Shown here: positions 13,536 to 27,320 of the stretch, piece after piece | Layout: every line of letters begins with the position of its first letter | Numbering within the stretch: position 1 is the stretch's first letter | Source: Octopus sinensis | Lineage: Eukaryota | Assembly: GCF_006345805.1 (NCBI RefSeq) | Contig: NC_043019.1 | Span: 16,801,360-16,865,359 of the forward strand | DNA: 64,000 nt | Reading direction: 5' to 3' | The notes under the pieces: model-generated | The model's input: only the letters and a program-made list of their open reading frames with translations | Told to the model about the DNA's origin: nothing | Databases searched by the model: none | Made by a program: the position numbers and the translations under genes

Positions 13536-14970
13536 TTAAAATCTAATTTCAATCAATCTGCTTTTAAAAGGACAAATAAACCTCAAGCTTGGCTGGGAAT
13601 ATTTGGGAAAACAATCCAAGAACTCAAAGATTATCAAAGTTAGTAAGCATTAATTTCCAACAATAAACCAAACATGACAAAACTATAAGAAATACAAGTG
13701 ATATTCTTAGATGGATAGTATTTTCTAATTTTTTTCTAGGATTTTCCTTCAAATTAATGACTTCACAGAATTTTCTTATATAATTTGCCAGTTTCACATA
13801 TATCCACGTAATATAAATCACCGTCATGGCATGTGATATTTATAATAAGTGTCTCCTCTTATACCATAACTTTTTTTTCTATTGAAACGATATTTTCCGG
13901 GAGATAAAATATCAAAAAATATTCAGTCTTTATGATGGGCCAAGTGTGAAGGCACAGGGCCTAGTGGCATAGCATGTTGCCCTCACAATCTTGAGATTGT
14001 GGTTTCAATTCCCAGACTGGCTGTGCATTGTGTTTTTGATCAAAATACTTCATTTCATGTAACTCCAGTCCACCTGGCTGTCAATGGGTAACCTTACAGC
14101 AGTCTAGCCTTCCAATCAAGGGCAATATTGGGGACTGCTCACCTAGCCAGCAAGGTGGCATCATTTGAAAGCTAAAATGATGCAAAGTGCATTGTGACCA
14201 GTGATGTATAACATCCAAAAATCTGGTCCACCATGTAATTACAGGATGCTGGACCAAGTGATGAAAATTCCATCAGAAAAGTTTGGTTGCCACTGCTGTC
14301 ATCATCATCATAGCTTCAACATTCATTTTTCTGTACTTACAAGGAGCAAACAGGATTCCCTGAGTTTTTTTTTTATGACCAGATACTCTTCCTATCGGAA
14401 ACCCTCACCCATTTCCAAGCAAGGTAAGGTTTTCCCATGGCCAGACATGTTTTCACAGATGATTACAAATGAGTGAGTAGAGATGCTGCCTGCAGGAGAA
14501 CAATACTATGAAATGGTTAGTGATAGTAAGAGCATCCAGTTGTAAAATCCATTCCACAGACACCAACAGAGCTGGTCAGTTTTCTCTGTTGCTATGTGCG
14601 TGTTAGATGATGAGGATGTTGACGACCCATCCAACCCATGACAGCATGAAAAAAACTGCTGCAAATGACAATGAAGGATAAGTCATCTGACACACACCAT
14701 ACAAACCAATTAAATTCTACTCCCTAGCATAGCAAATGAAAAAATAAACCTTTAAAACTAAAAAATATTTCTCTTGGCCAACAAATATTTTGGATATCAT
14801 CTAAATGAAAATGAATGATTTAAAATTGATCTCCAAATACATTATATGGACATAAAAAATAAATTTAATAATCTTGAAATTTATCCAAAAAAAAAAAAAA
14901 AGATTCACTGAAATATAACTGAAAATAAAGTTGAAAAAAAAGAAAAGAGAATTTAATAAACTCTCCTCAC

Positions 14971-15026
14971 CAGATATCAATCATTTTCATTCCAGGTTTG
15001 ATATAATCTCTCATATACATTCTGGT
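14971..15026 (-). CDS. METAP2: METAP2 coding exon 6 (56 nt)
   Basis: Encodes TRMYMRDYIKPGMKMIDI(C). TTTCAG acceptor and GTGAG donor; phases fit the neighbouring exons. Confidence 0.95.
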
Positions 15027-15656
15027 CTGAAACAGAAAAAAAAAACAGGTTAAAATATTAAAAACTGCATTAAATGGATCAACAGATAATAAAGTATAAA
15101 TAATGACATATTTGTGAAACAAAGAAACTCCTTTCCTCAGAAACAGGTTAAGGGTTGGTGACAGAAAGAGCCTCCAGTTGTAAAATCTGGCTTCAAACAA
15201 TTCTCTATCCAAACCCTTTCTAGTGTGGCACACACACACACACACACATGTGGTTTATGATGTTCATGTTCCATTCTTGTTAGGTTGACAAGTTGTAAGA
15301 CAATTCAAACCTGAAACAACATTCACTTCAATCAACATTTATTTTGTTCATTTGTTTTCCCATGAAAGCAAAGCTTCAATGAATTCATTATTGAGGCACT
15401 GTTTAACACCTGGATGCACCTTCCTCTCACTAACTATTCCCCGGTTCCTAAGTAAGGGATCTCTTATTCCACAGGTTTTCAAAGGCACAAAGTAACCAGA
15501 CAATTTCTTGACAGGAAAAATAACAACACTGCTTGTAGTTCACGAATATAAACACACACACAGACACACGATGGGGTTTCTTTCAGTTACAATATTTGTT
15601 TCCTATAAAAGAGTTGGTAACACATCTGCTGTAAATATTTAACAAGACACACTAAC

Positions 15657-15762
15657 CTGTCTATGAGCTTCAGCAGCTGTACGAATTTCTTGATAAATGT
15701 TCTCATGAGCGCGATCCAATGCTATTTTCTCAGGATTACTGATTCTATCTTTAGCCATCCGC
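15657..15762 (-). CDS. METAP2: METAP2 coding exon 5 (106 nt)
   Basis: Encodes (G)RMAKDRISNPEKIALDRAHENIYQEIRTAAEAHRQ. GTTAGT donor. Confidence 0.95.
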
Positions 15763-16489
15763 CTTCAAAAGATAAAAATAATAATTAATAAATAAATGTT
15801 AAATATAGAATTTAACAAAACTTGTTTTCAACCGATATAAATCAAAATCAATTTTAAAATGCAATAAGTTAAAATATCTTTCACTAAAAACAAGATTCTA
15901 AAAACTTGCAAAACAATAAAAAATTCTCCCAATGGCCTCATTCAAGCATGAACACCTGTGTTGCCTATTGCTGTGGTGGTTGTTTACATCTGTGTCAATC
16001 CCTATGTTAGGTACATTTATTAACAAAATGGTTGAGAAGGCAATAAACTAAGTACAATATTCTGCAGCTTGGTGGTTGCCAAGAAAACTGGATCTGGATA
16101 AATGACTTGTGAGAGCTATGTACCATCTATCTATATATAGATATATATATATATGCTAGGATAGTAAGAATTAGCAACAAGTTAGCAGTTTAACTCTTTA
16201 GCATTTAAACCAATCATATCCAACCCAAATACATTACCTGCTATTTGTTCACAGTGGCCAGATTTGGCCTCTCACACCTACCTACAATGTTAGTCTAAAA
16301 ACAATCACATCATCGACATTTTGAAGCTACCCACAATGCATTGTAATCAGTTGTTTTCATTAAACACATTCACACGAACCATTATCACTAACCCTTACTT
16401 GCACCTAAAACAAGCCTCACTGCTTCATTGGGATTCACAAAATAACTATTAATCAGTTCAGTTTCAATATAAATACTGAACTTAAATTC

Positions 16490-16870
16490 TATCAATGTGG
16501 TAAGTAGCATGCTTACCAACCACATGGCCCCGGGTTCAGTCCCACTGCGTGGCACCTTGGGCAAGTGTCTTCTACTATAGCCTTGGGCAGACCAAAGCCT
16601 TATCAGTAGATTTGGTAGGCGGAAACTGAAAGAAGCCCGTCATATATATACATATGTGTGTGTGTGTGTGTGTTTGCCCCCTTCCCCCAATCGCTCGACA
16701 ACCAATACTGGTGTGTTTACATCTCCATAACTTAGCAGTTTGGCAACAGAGACCGATATAATAAGTACTAAGCTTACAAAGAATAAGTCCTGGGGTCAGT
16801 TTGCTCGACTAAAGGCGGTGCTCCAGCATGGCCGCAGTCAAATGACTGAAACAAGTACAAGAATAAAAGA
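16490..16870 (+). mobile_element. Near full-length tRNA-headed SINE (abundant family with a central TA/TG microsatellite)
   Basis: Box-B-like GGGTTCAGTCCC head, conserved body and ...CAGCATGGCCGCAGTCAAATGACTGAAACAAGT + A-rich tail. The same family recurs at 26150, 55640 and 63278. Confidence 0.85.
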
Positions 16871-17093
16871 ATTCAACCATTTAAACTAGTGAGATCCAGC
16901 CCCAATCTTTTATCTCTTTTATGTTCAAACTGGCCAGAACTGGCTTCTCACCCATGCCCTACAATGTCATTATATAAGCAACAAAACGAAAAAACAAGGG
17001 TTAGATTTGCTAAAATAATCTGAATGCTAAAGGGTTCAATAAATCCCTAAACAGAATTCAGACATAAATTCAGTAGCAAAGATTAAGTATTAC

Positions 17094-17244
17094 CCATCAA
17101 TTGGATGCTTTGGTTGTGGATATTCCATTTCTTGACCAACAGGGACATTGCCATCAGGGAAAAGGTCAACAATAGGGATTGAAGGAATTGCTTCTTGTTT
17201 CCTGACTGTGGGTTTGGTTGGTTCAGGACACGAGGAAGTTGAAG
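17094..17244 (-). CDS. METAP2: METAP2 coding exon 4 (151 nt)
   Basis: Encodes (A)STSSCPEPTKPTVRKQEAIPSIPIVDLFPDGNVPVGQEMEYPQPKHPID(G), similar to human [23 protein letters not shown]. Confidence 0.93.
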
Positions 17245-18222
17245 CTAAAAATAAAGGCTCAGACTTGAGGACACAAAACTCCAAACCAAAAATTAAGCTC
17301 AAATTAATTATGCTCACCCACCCACCCACCTTCCACATAATTTTTCATTACATTTTGGCAAAACTTAAATAGGAGACAGGAGTGGAGCCCAGTGCTAAGT
17401 TAGGGAAGTAGAATGACCAAACGGGCAGTAATTCATCACTTTTTACATTAAACATTAAAATAATGCTCAGCATTGGTGCTGGTACCAATTAAAAAGCACC
17501 CAGTACATTCTATGGAGTGGTTGGCATTAGGAAGGACATCCGGCCATAGAAACCAAGCCAAAAACAGACTCTGGAGTCTTGGGCAGCAGCCCCTGGCCTT
17601 ACCAGTTTCTGTCAAGCTGTCCAACCCATGCCAGCATAGAAAACGGACGTTAAAGGAGGAGGATTGATGATGATGATGATGATGATATTGAAACTATTGG
17701 AAATTGTGGCATTAAACTTGTTTGTTATTTCTGGGATTATTTTGCTATGACCTCTTTTTTTTTTACAACTTAGTGATATTATATAAATTGACAGTCTCAA
17801 TAAAAACGTCCACCAACATATTAAGAGAGTTTTATTTATTCTCTGTTGACATAATAATAATAATATATAACCTTTGCATGGAAAAGTGAACGTTATGATG
17901 ATGAATGTAAATGTCCCTCAAATAAAATCTTAGTTCAATAAATAGGCTTAAATATGAATTTATCATCAATAAATACCATTGGTTAGTTCTGCAAAGAACC
18001 AATCAGGAGTTCATTGCAATTCTGATTACAGGTGTGGCAAGGACCTTGTTCCAAACACATTGGATTCTCATCAAATTTGAGGAAGGATTAAGACTGAACC
18101 CATTACATCAATAAAACGTACATACTTTTAGGAAACTACAAATTCATCTAAGAATACAAAAATGGAAAAATTTAATGTAATTGAAAACTAGACAATATCA
18201 AGGATAGAAAACAATAACTCAC

Positions 18223-18273
18223 CAGCCTTCTTTTTCTTCTTCTTTTTTGCATTGGAACTAGACTTTGAAGCAT
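18223..18273 (-). CDS. METAP2: METAP2 coding exon 3 (51 nt, poly-Lys block)
   Basis: TTTTCAG acceptor and GTGAG donor, phase 1-1. Encodes (D)ASKSSSNAKKKKKKKA, matching the second basic block of the METAP2 N-terminus. Confidence 0.88.
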
Positions 18274-19544
18274 CTGAAAAGCATCGAGATTAGATTTAAT
18301 ATTAAAAATAAACATTTTATTGAAACATTTTCAGGAAAGAGATCTTATAAAATGTCACTCATCTAACTCATGCCATCATAGAAAAATGGATGTGATCATC
18401 AGGATTCTCATTTAAAGCCATTTAATTCTATCAAGGCACGAACATCTCATTATCATACACATTACATGCAACAAATCAATATACTCACCAAACACACACA
18501 ATTTCCCTTATAATATTTCCTTGCTGATGAAAATGAAAACAAAACTAAAATAAGTCTATTCATTGCTAAATGCTCATCTCAGACTTTACCCAATTTTTTC
18601 CTTTGATCATGGAATCATTTTGGATGCATGTTCAATGGCAACAACAAGAAAGTGGAATAAGTGTTCTGATACAATTTACTGAACAAGAGAGATGTTACAC
18701 TCGCATAAAGAAAGCACCATATTCTGTTGGCCAGTTGCTGACTCTTAAATAAGACACTCGGTCCAATAAGAATTCTCAACAACTGTGGAGAAATTAGAGA
18801 TTTCTTCCTTTCCCTTTGAACTCTTTGGCATTCAGATTGGCAAATGTGTGGCTTGTTTGCATTGTTTGGAATTAACCATGCATCGTCTTGTAGCTTTCAG
18901 ATTTCAGTGGCATGGTTGTTTAATTTCAGAATGACATTTTAGGGTAAGTGTGAGAGGCTGGATCTGGGCAGTTTGAACATAAAACAGAATATTTTGATTG
19001 GATACAGCTGGTTTAAATGCTAAAGTCAGGAAAGAAATCCTGGAAATGGAGAGCTGATCCAGATACTGGCCATAGTGTGTGGACTCCTCCACTAAAGACA
19101 ACCAACATGCCACCGACAGGGGTGTAGAGCCAGGCAACAAATTCAATGGCGAAAGTTTCAGCATAGTAAGGGCAAGACAGAATTAAAGTTGGGGCCTGGT
19201 TTGAGTGAGAAATTGTGGGAACATCGATGGATAAGAAAGTGCTTGGATCGCAAATGCTTTATATAAGAGAATACATCTTTATATATCCATGTTAGTATGT
19301 AATGAAGGGTTTCATGAGACGAGACAATCCAAATACAAATCCAAATACAAAGTTGTACAGCAAAATATACATATACCAACATCATCATTTAATGTCCACT
19401 TTTCCATGTTTGCAGGTTTTCTACAGCTGGGTGCCCTTCCTGTCACCAGCCCTCACCGTTTCTAAGCAAGGTAATATTTCTCATGGCCAGACAGGTTTTT
19501 CACGGAACAGCAGAAATGAACATCACTTGATAACAAGTGCATGA

Positions 19545-19588
<44 letters not shown>

Positions 19589-19730
19589 TTACAACAGGCT
19601 TCTTGGATATGTACATCAGAAAAACAAAACGTTTTCTAACAAACCCTCTTACAATGATAAAAATAATAATCATAGCAGTAAACCATTGCTAGCAACATTA
19701 AAAAAAGAGACACAAAATGGTTTCACCAAC

Positions 19731-19793
19731 CTTTCTCATCAGTCAATTTCTGTTCTTCGAGTGATTTGGAAATTTCTTCCATTCCATTTTCGG
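19731..19793 (-). CDS. METAP2: METAP2 coding exon 2 (63 nt, acidic)
   Basis: TTGTTCAG acceptor and GTTGGT donor, phase 1-1. Encodes (A)ENGMEEISKSLEEQKLTDEK, resembling human VDEVARQLERSALEDKE. Confidence 0.8.
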
Positions 19794-22700
19794 CTGAACA
19801 AGATTTTTCACCATTTTCTGAATAACATAAAAAGGCATAATAATAATAATAACGAGCAGTTAAATTAGTAAAGAAGTACATTTCCAAGTGTAAAGAAAAA
19901 AACTAAATAAATCCCATATTGAAACCAAAGTAGTTTTAATGATGTCGATGTCATGCAGCAGGTTATATTTTGCCTTGTGTCTAATATTTCAGTTGCAAAA
20001 CTTCAAATTGAATCAGTAGACATCTAGAAATAAGGGATTTATATCTGAAAAAAATGGTTCAGCAACAAAGCATAACCTAAACTCTAAATGATGAAGTATT
20101 GTCAGCTGTTGGAAATGACTAGAAAACTGTCTCTGGCTCTGTACTACAAATGTTTTGTTTTCCTAAGTTTTGAATAAAAATCTCCCACCAAACCTTAGTC
20201 ACAATTTACGTTCCTAACACTGGCTGAATGATAAGTTATTTTACTAAATTCTTTGTTATATTTAAAATTAATTGAAAGAAACAGAGAACTTCTGAAAATA
20301 AATACAGTAACGAAAGGGCTAATGAGGAACTCATAGCAAGTCACTCAGTGAATCAGTTTTAAGTTTGAGAGAAATGTCAAAAAGGAACATATGTTTTTGA
20401 AACCAATTCACTGGAAAAATTTTCAAAGAATAACAGAAGTGGGTAGTTGCATTCAGTAGTGATGCTGCTCAGGAATAGGGGCCTGAACAGCCATTGGAGA
20501 CACCATGACAACAAGCAGATTCACATATATATTATCACTTTAACACCTTCAACGTTATGCTCTTTCACTTAAGCTATTTAAGTAAATCATAAAAATAATA
20601 TAAATAATAATAATTATATTAATATTAAATAAAACAATTATCCACCATCAGTTGGATCACAGCTTCATCCATCGTTCACCTCAATAATAAAAGCTGTCAT
20701 TTACTTCTGGGAATTTGAATGACTTTACATTTCATGGATAATCTTACTGCTGAGGGGTCTGCTACATATAAAGCCCTTTTGTCAGCCTGCCTGTAATCCC
20801 CATTGTATCTGCTGTGCATCCATAGTTTATATACTGATTTTATGGCAGATACCAGTGTCATGCAAATGGCATCTGTGCCAGTGGCACATAAAAGCACCCA
20901 GTACACTCTCAGAGTGGTTGGTATTTGGAAGGGCATCCAGTCGTAGAAACCATGCCAAAACAGACCGTAGTCTGGTGCAGCCCTGGTCAAACTGTACAAC
21001 CCATGCCAGCATGGACAATGATGTTAAGTGATGATTTCTATTTACCCCTTTGCTTTAAATCTCATGAGGTCACTTTATAGCCGAGAGTCAGGTCTTCTTG
21101 TAAACTAAAACTTGTGTCTTTGCTATATTTATGTTTGAACTTTCAATATATTTAGCTATGAGAATCAGGTCACCAACAAACACAAGTTCTCATGGACAAC
21201 TGGTATTAAACTCCTCTGTTATGGACCAAAGAATTATAAGAAACAGGAGTGGGGCTGAGAATTGAACCTTCATAGACATTTACCCACCTACTAAACCCCT
21301 TGCTAATTTTCATTTAGCTGACAGCATCTCCATACATAGTTTGAAGGATTCTCACAAGCCTTTGTCTGCTCTAAGTTTTCTTAGTGACCAATAAACTATG
21401 CAGCAGAGAACCCTTCTCTAGTTTAATGAACGCCAAGAACAGTGATTTGCTCTTACCTAAGAACTTCTGTCGTTATCTCAGTAAGAGCAAGATGGTGATG
21501 GTGCTCTGCCTTGCTTCAAAACTGAACAATATCTATTCTAAGTTAATTATTTGCCTAATTAGTGGTGCTATAACTATTTGTTATTTCCACCAACTCATCA
21601 AAAGCTGATCTACATATATAGTTTCAAGTAAACCCTGAACAAACAGACCTATGATCAAAGACAGTCTAACCATGACCATCCAATTATTTTAGGACTACGG
21701 AGGACTACATTACTTCATGTGTTCTATTGGTAAAGTGTGACCTGATGGAGATTTGGCTGCTAGCTCTAGCAGGTTGATCGACCATATAGAGGATCACTCA
21801 TACAACAGGTTATACAGACTATTTCCAACTGACTGGAACCAGTAAATGAAAATATAAACATAACAAACCACACACGAGATTATAAGTGGCAATGGCTCCA
21901 AAGATGATCAAAAGATAAGAGATATAAAAACACATTCTTTGTATAAACTGCATCATTGCACAAAAAAAAAAAACGCTAAAAAATGTCTGAAACATGAGTC
22001 GTCCAAAGTCTTTCTTCATTGCCTCAAGATCACGTGATTCCCAATAAATAAATAAATGAATTGAAATCGAACCGGTGAGTGTTACATTAAAGCACTATGA
22101 CTGTCCCCAGACACAACAAAATTTGTCTCAACACACGAATTCACATAAGGAATCTTGCAAACCAGATACAAAAACGAAGTGTGTATATATATATATATTC
22201 CAAGATTCTCAGGAAACTGAAGGCAGTCTGCGATGTCAACAATTAATCCATAGGATATTTCAGTAAGCTTAATCATTGCGGAATGAAAAAAAAAAACAAC
22301 AAAAAACATTGGCGCTCCATCGCTTCCCCGGACCCACTGAAAGTGAAAGTATTTTTTTACTTAATCAAAAGGAGTCTTCCTAAGTCAGAGACCGAAAGTG
22401 ATTTCCTTTGCTAGAGAGTGATAATGTTTACAAGGGCGGGAAGCTTTTTGATGGGAGAAAACAGAAGCATTAAATTTCTTTTAAATATATAGATAATAAG
22501 GGGATAATGCAGTTTCACACCTGACATCGTTAAACAGTTGTTGAAATTCATAATTATTTATAACAAATGACAAACGGTTAGTGGTAACACCTGAGATACA
22601 CCTCCACGATGAAGGTCCTCCCTCAATGAGCTTTATAGCTTCACTAAAATCCGGATGAAGTTGACTGCGATGAAAAAGACCATTTTTCAGAAAAGTAATA

Positions 22701-23066
22701 ACAGTTCACGTATACGCTGTAAATCGTTCCGTTTCATCAATTGATATTTGGGAAGACAAATGTAATCGAAATATTTGGTCCATCCAACAATGAAAGCATC
22801 AAACTAGATGCTTTATTAACGCCGACCAGGTCACTATTTTACTTTTGTTTCTAACTTTATAGCAATTATGGTGTAGAATCTCAGTTTTTGGTGTAGAAAA
22901 CACCGATTTCTGATATGGTAGATACTTTCAATTCTATGTGGTCCCAGAAAAGAAAAAAACAAGCATCAAGAATTTAACGCTGCAAGTTCTTGCTCATTTT
23001 GGGAGAGAGAGAGAGAGAATATAGTGAAATATCACCTTAGTCGCAAGATTGTGTATATACGGACGC

Positions 23067-23098
<32 letters not shown>

Positions 23099-23117
23099 GG
23101 CGATCTTTCGTTTCTAG

Positions 23118-23166
<49 letters not shown>

Positions 23167-24245
23167 TGCTCAGGATATATTCGAACTCGTAAGAATATTG
23201 TGCCTGTCATGGAGAAAATTTCTTGCATTAGACAAATGGTGTGTAAATATACCAAAATTAGCTCGCAGCGATATTATATATATTACACACGCACACACAC
23301 TGAATTTAGCATTTCTGGGATTCTATTAAAGACCAATAAAGGATAATAATGTGGAACAGGCCAAAATTTCATACATCACCTTAAAACGTGAGCATAAAAG
23401 ATTAAAGTGAAAATGGGAAAACTGTTGGACAATGGGCGGGCGTTCGAAATGTAAGATCCAAATGCGAAATGAATAAAAGATATTCTGAAAGGTAAGAGTA
23501 CGAGACAAAGTGAAATGTATGTTAATGAAGCCCTAGATATGTTGAAAGCTAAATATGGGTATAGAGAAACGAGGAGGACAGCATGAGAGTGAAGCGAACA
23601 TGAGGAGAAAGTAGCAGCAAAGCGGTGACAGTTGCATAATGATTAATGATGTATGGATGGTTTGAGTGAGGTAAGAAGCATCGTTAATTGCTGGTTGGAA
23701 CCGTTTGCCAGGTTGCGAAGAGGAGGAGAAAGCAATAATTACGGTAATCTCGACTACATTTAAACAAATGAAACTGGCGAATTTACAAGAGCAGACGTTA
23801 AGCTGCTGGTTTAAGAGAGAGAGAGAGAGAGAGAGTGGCCATTGGTGTTGAGCAGTGACCAGGGTCCATGTGGCTTGAGGGGGGGAGGGGACGAAATACG
23901 TTGAGGTACCAAGAAGAAGTCAAAATACAAACAACATCGTGTCCTATCACACATCACAAGCAATAAAATACATTAATCGATGCAAATGGGAAAAGTTAGA
24001 AATGAAAATATAAATTCGTAAAAAATCAGGTTTGATTTTTTTCCCGTTCATGTTTCAAATGAATGACTTTCGGTTTTGTTTCAACGAATTAGAGTTCGTT
24101 AATGAATATCTGCGTTTCGGATCGATTAATATCAAAGCTATCCTATCGTGCAAATTAAAACATTCGGAATAGTTTGTTTGGCATCGAAAGTTGGGATTAT
24201 TTTCGAAGGGGAGGAAGAAAAATACGGAAAATAATAATTACTCAC

Positions 24246-24429
24246 CATTTTTCTTCTTCTTCTTCTTTTTCTTTTTTTGCGAAGTAGTTACCGAATTAGC
24301 TCCAGCATCTTCAGTATCTTTACCTGCTACAGTATCGCTGATCACTACTTTACTTTCATAGCCACTAAACTGATCCTCAGAAGATTTTACACACGACTGA
24401 GGCGAAATTTCATCTTCTTCAGTCACCAT
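24246..24429 (-). CDS. METAP2: METAP2 coding exon 1 (184 nt)
   Basis: ATG in AAAATGG context. Encodes MVTEEDEISPQS...TTSQKKKKKKKKKN, then a phase-1 GTGAGT donor. An acidic stretch followed by poly-Lys is typical of the METAP2 N-terminus. Confidence 0.9.
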
Positions 24430-24683
24430 TTTGTCATACTCTCGATTACACTACATACTCTCCGACCAGTTATATATGTATACAAAATTTTTTTTTTTTT
24501 TCAATATTACAAACGTTATTTTATATCAGTAAATTTTAATTGAAGCGTATTTCTTAAAATACAACTACTTCATGTTCCTAATCAAAAACATTAAATTAAC
24601 TGTTTGAAAACAATTATAAATGATATCTCTTTTGTAACAAGTTCGTTAGAGAGTATGCACGCCACACACACATACACACACAC

Positions 24684-24720
<37 letters not shown>

Positions 24721-24929
24721 AGGGAGGTAGGTGCAGTTGTACAGATCCAAGCATTCTTGGTTCGCTTCGCAAAGACTGGTTTCGTTCTTATTACAAGACG
24801 CATGGGGTGAATGGTTTTTTTTTTTTATATACCGCAGATTTAGTTGGATCCAAATCTTATAAGTAAAATTATAAATAGGAAGTACCGAGAAGACATCACC
24901 AATCGTATTTTGACTTTTTAAATCTGTAG

Positions 24930-25092
24930 GTCAAAAGGTGCAATACCAGAGGGCGCACACTCTCCTACCCTGATGTAATCTCCAGGGATACAGGCATCCA
25001 GCAACAGGACCTCCGTAATGCCATGATGGACCGTGAAGTCTGGCGTAGCATGGTAAATTCCATTGTCTCGACCACGGTCGAACAATGATGAA
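24930..25092 (+). mobile_element. Short 3'-terminal fragment of an RTE-group LINE
   Basis: Reads ..LSYPDVISRDTGIQQQDLRNAMMDREVWRSMVNSIVSTTVEQ followed by TGATGA, resembling the extreme C-terminus of an RTE-type ORF2. Confidence 0.55.
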
Positions 25093-25189
25093 AGATCCGA
25101 TTCGTATTGTGCTCAATAAGAGCACTCCGTCGGTTACGACGAGGGTCCCAGCTGATACGATCAACAGAACAGCCTGTTCGCGAAATTAA

Positions 25190-25445
25190 CGTGCAGGTGG
25201 CTGAGTACTCCGCAGACACGTGTAACCTTAACGTAGTTCTCAGGGAGATTCAGTGTGACACAGAGTGTAACAACGCTGGCCCCATTTGTATTACAGGTAC
25301 GACTCATTTTTGCCAGCTGAGTGGACTGGAGCAACGTAAAATAAAGTGTCTTGCTCAAGGACACAAGCGTCGCCGGGAATTGAACTCACGGCCTTACAGG
25401 ATCGTGACCCAAATGCCCTAACTACTAAGTCACACGCCTTCACTG
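25190..25445 (-). mobile_element. tRNA-derived SINE (second family)
   Basis: Minus strand reads GTGAAGGCGTGTGACTTAGTAGTTAGG...GTGAGTTCAATTCCCGG (box A/B-like), then CCTTGAGCAAGACACTTTATTTTACG. Confidence 0.7.
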
Positions 25446-25599
25446 TCACAAGCAATAGAGATTTTGAAACAGGCTCTCTATAAAGAATCACTTTTGAATG
25501 ATCAAGAGAAATATCCTACATCTGAAGACTGTAGGGGAATTCTACTCCACTCCGAAATGGGATTAATCACGGAGGCAATAAAGGGGATAAATAGTGGTA

Positions 25600-27320
25600 A
25601 GGAGGTGTGGGCGAAGCGGGCGCAACATTTGAAAAGAAGGTGAAACTAAAGGGTTTGAACGGAGCAAAAAATTTTTTTAATAGTGCAATAGGTGTATAAC
25701 AACTTACTGTAACGAATATGAAAAAAAAAATGTGCGCTCGAACTTGGAAAATTCACATCGTGAATGCTCCAAGTTGTCTCAACCACAGCCAAAACAAAAG
25801 GTTTTAAATAGTGTAATAAGTGTACAACAACTTGCTATAAACTAATGTGAAAAAAGAAAATGCGCACTCGTGAAAGGAGGTGCAGAAGAGGACTCGGTAA
25901 AGTCACATCGCGAATGTTCCGAGTCGGATCACCACAGCCGGAAAAGAAAGTTTGGTTAATGTTTACATGTTGACCCAGAAATGAAAATCAAAAAAAAAAA
26001 TACTGGAATGGGTGTAAAACAAAGTGTAGGAAACGAATATGAAAAAAATACGTGCAAAGCAATGGGCAGGTAGGGAGAGGACTTTGGAAAATTCACAGGA
26101 TCCGAGCTTTTAGGAAAATGGGTTTTTTTCAATGAAATTTTATATAAATAGGCGCAGGTGTGGCTGTGTAATAAGTAGCTTGCTTACCAACCACATGGTT
26201 CCGGGTTCAGTCCCACTGCGTGACACCTTGGGTAACTGTCTTCTACTATAGCCTCGAGCCGACCAAAGCCTTGTGAGTGGATTTGGTAGACGAAAACTGT
26301 AAGAAGTCCGTTGTATATATGTATATGTATATATACATATATGTGTGTGTGTGTTTTGTCTCTTCAACATCACTTAACAACCAATGTTGGTGTGTGTCCC
26401 CGTAACTTAGTGGTTCGACAAAAAAAGAGACCGATAGAATAAGTACTAGGCTTACAAAGAATAAGTCCTGGGGTCGATTTGCTCAACTAAAGGCGGTGCT
26501 CCAGCATGGCCACAGTCAAATGACTGAAACAAGTAAAAGAGTAAAAAGAGAATAAATACCTTTGAAATGTCATTCCTTATGACTAAGAAATAATTTGTGG
26601 GGAAAACCTTGAGGTGGGGAGAGGACTTTTGGAAAATTCCCAAGATCTGAATTTTTTCCTCGTTATATTCCGAAATCACATTCAACTTTCTACAGATACC
26701 CTAGCATAGTACAACTACACTACGTAGTGTTTATTTCTACCCACTTTCAATAATTCTTAATGTTTTGGCTTCATGGCTTTTCCTTTAACAAATAATTTAA
26801 TGTAAGGGGTGAGACCTGCACCCCTCAAGTGTTACAGACATTTCAGCCTGTTACATATCTTTATGCTCTCTCCCGCTCTATTTTTATATATATATATAGA
26901 GAGAGAGATATTATATATATACATACATATAAATACACACACACACATACATACACATATATATACACACACACATACATATATACAGTTACGAGGGAAA
27001 AACTTGGATCTTGTGAATTTTCCGAAGTCATCTCCTCACCCTCTGGAAAAGATTTTCCCCACAAATTATTTTATAATTGTAATGTATGCTGTTTGAAAGG
27101 TATTTCTAAACACCATTTTCCTAAAAGTTACGAGGGAAATCTCTAATCTTGTGAATTTTACGAAGTCCTCTCCCCACCCTTAGCTTAGTTCTCTCTCTCT
27201 CTCTATAGAGAGAGAGAGATAGATATATTATATACACACACATATATATATACAGTTATGAGGGAAAAACTTGGATCTTGCGAATTTTCCAACGATGTCT
27301 CCCCACCCTTTGGATGAGCC
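25600..27320. repeat. Cluster of degenerate ~55-bp GAGGACTT(T)GGAAAATTCACA(A/G)GATC motifs in both orientations
   Basis: Forward copies near 25740, 25890, 26075 and 26620. Reverse copies near 27010, 27145 and 27275, and another near 32000. Confidence 0.65.
26150..26555 (+). mobile_element. Full-length tRNA-headed SINE
   Basis: AGGCGCAGGTGTGGCTGTG...GGGTTCAGTCCC head, same body and tail as the 16490 copy. Confidence 0.88.

Noticed and set aside
20440-20720. Possible C/D-box snoRNAs on the METAP2 sense strand
   Set aside because: CTGA motifs are present, but the C boxes deviate from RTGATGA at two or more positions and the terminal stems are unconvincing.
26150-26230. tRNA gene
   Set aside because: Only box A/B-like motifs at a SINE head. 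There is no full cloverleaf, and the sequence continues into the SINE body and tail.
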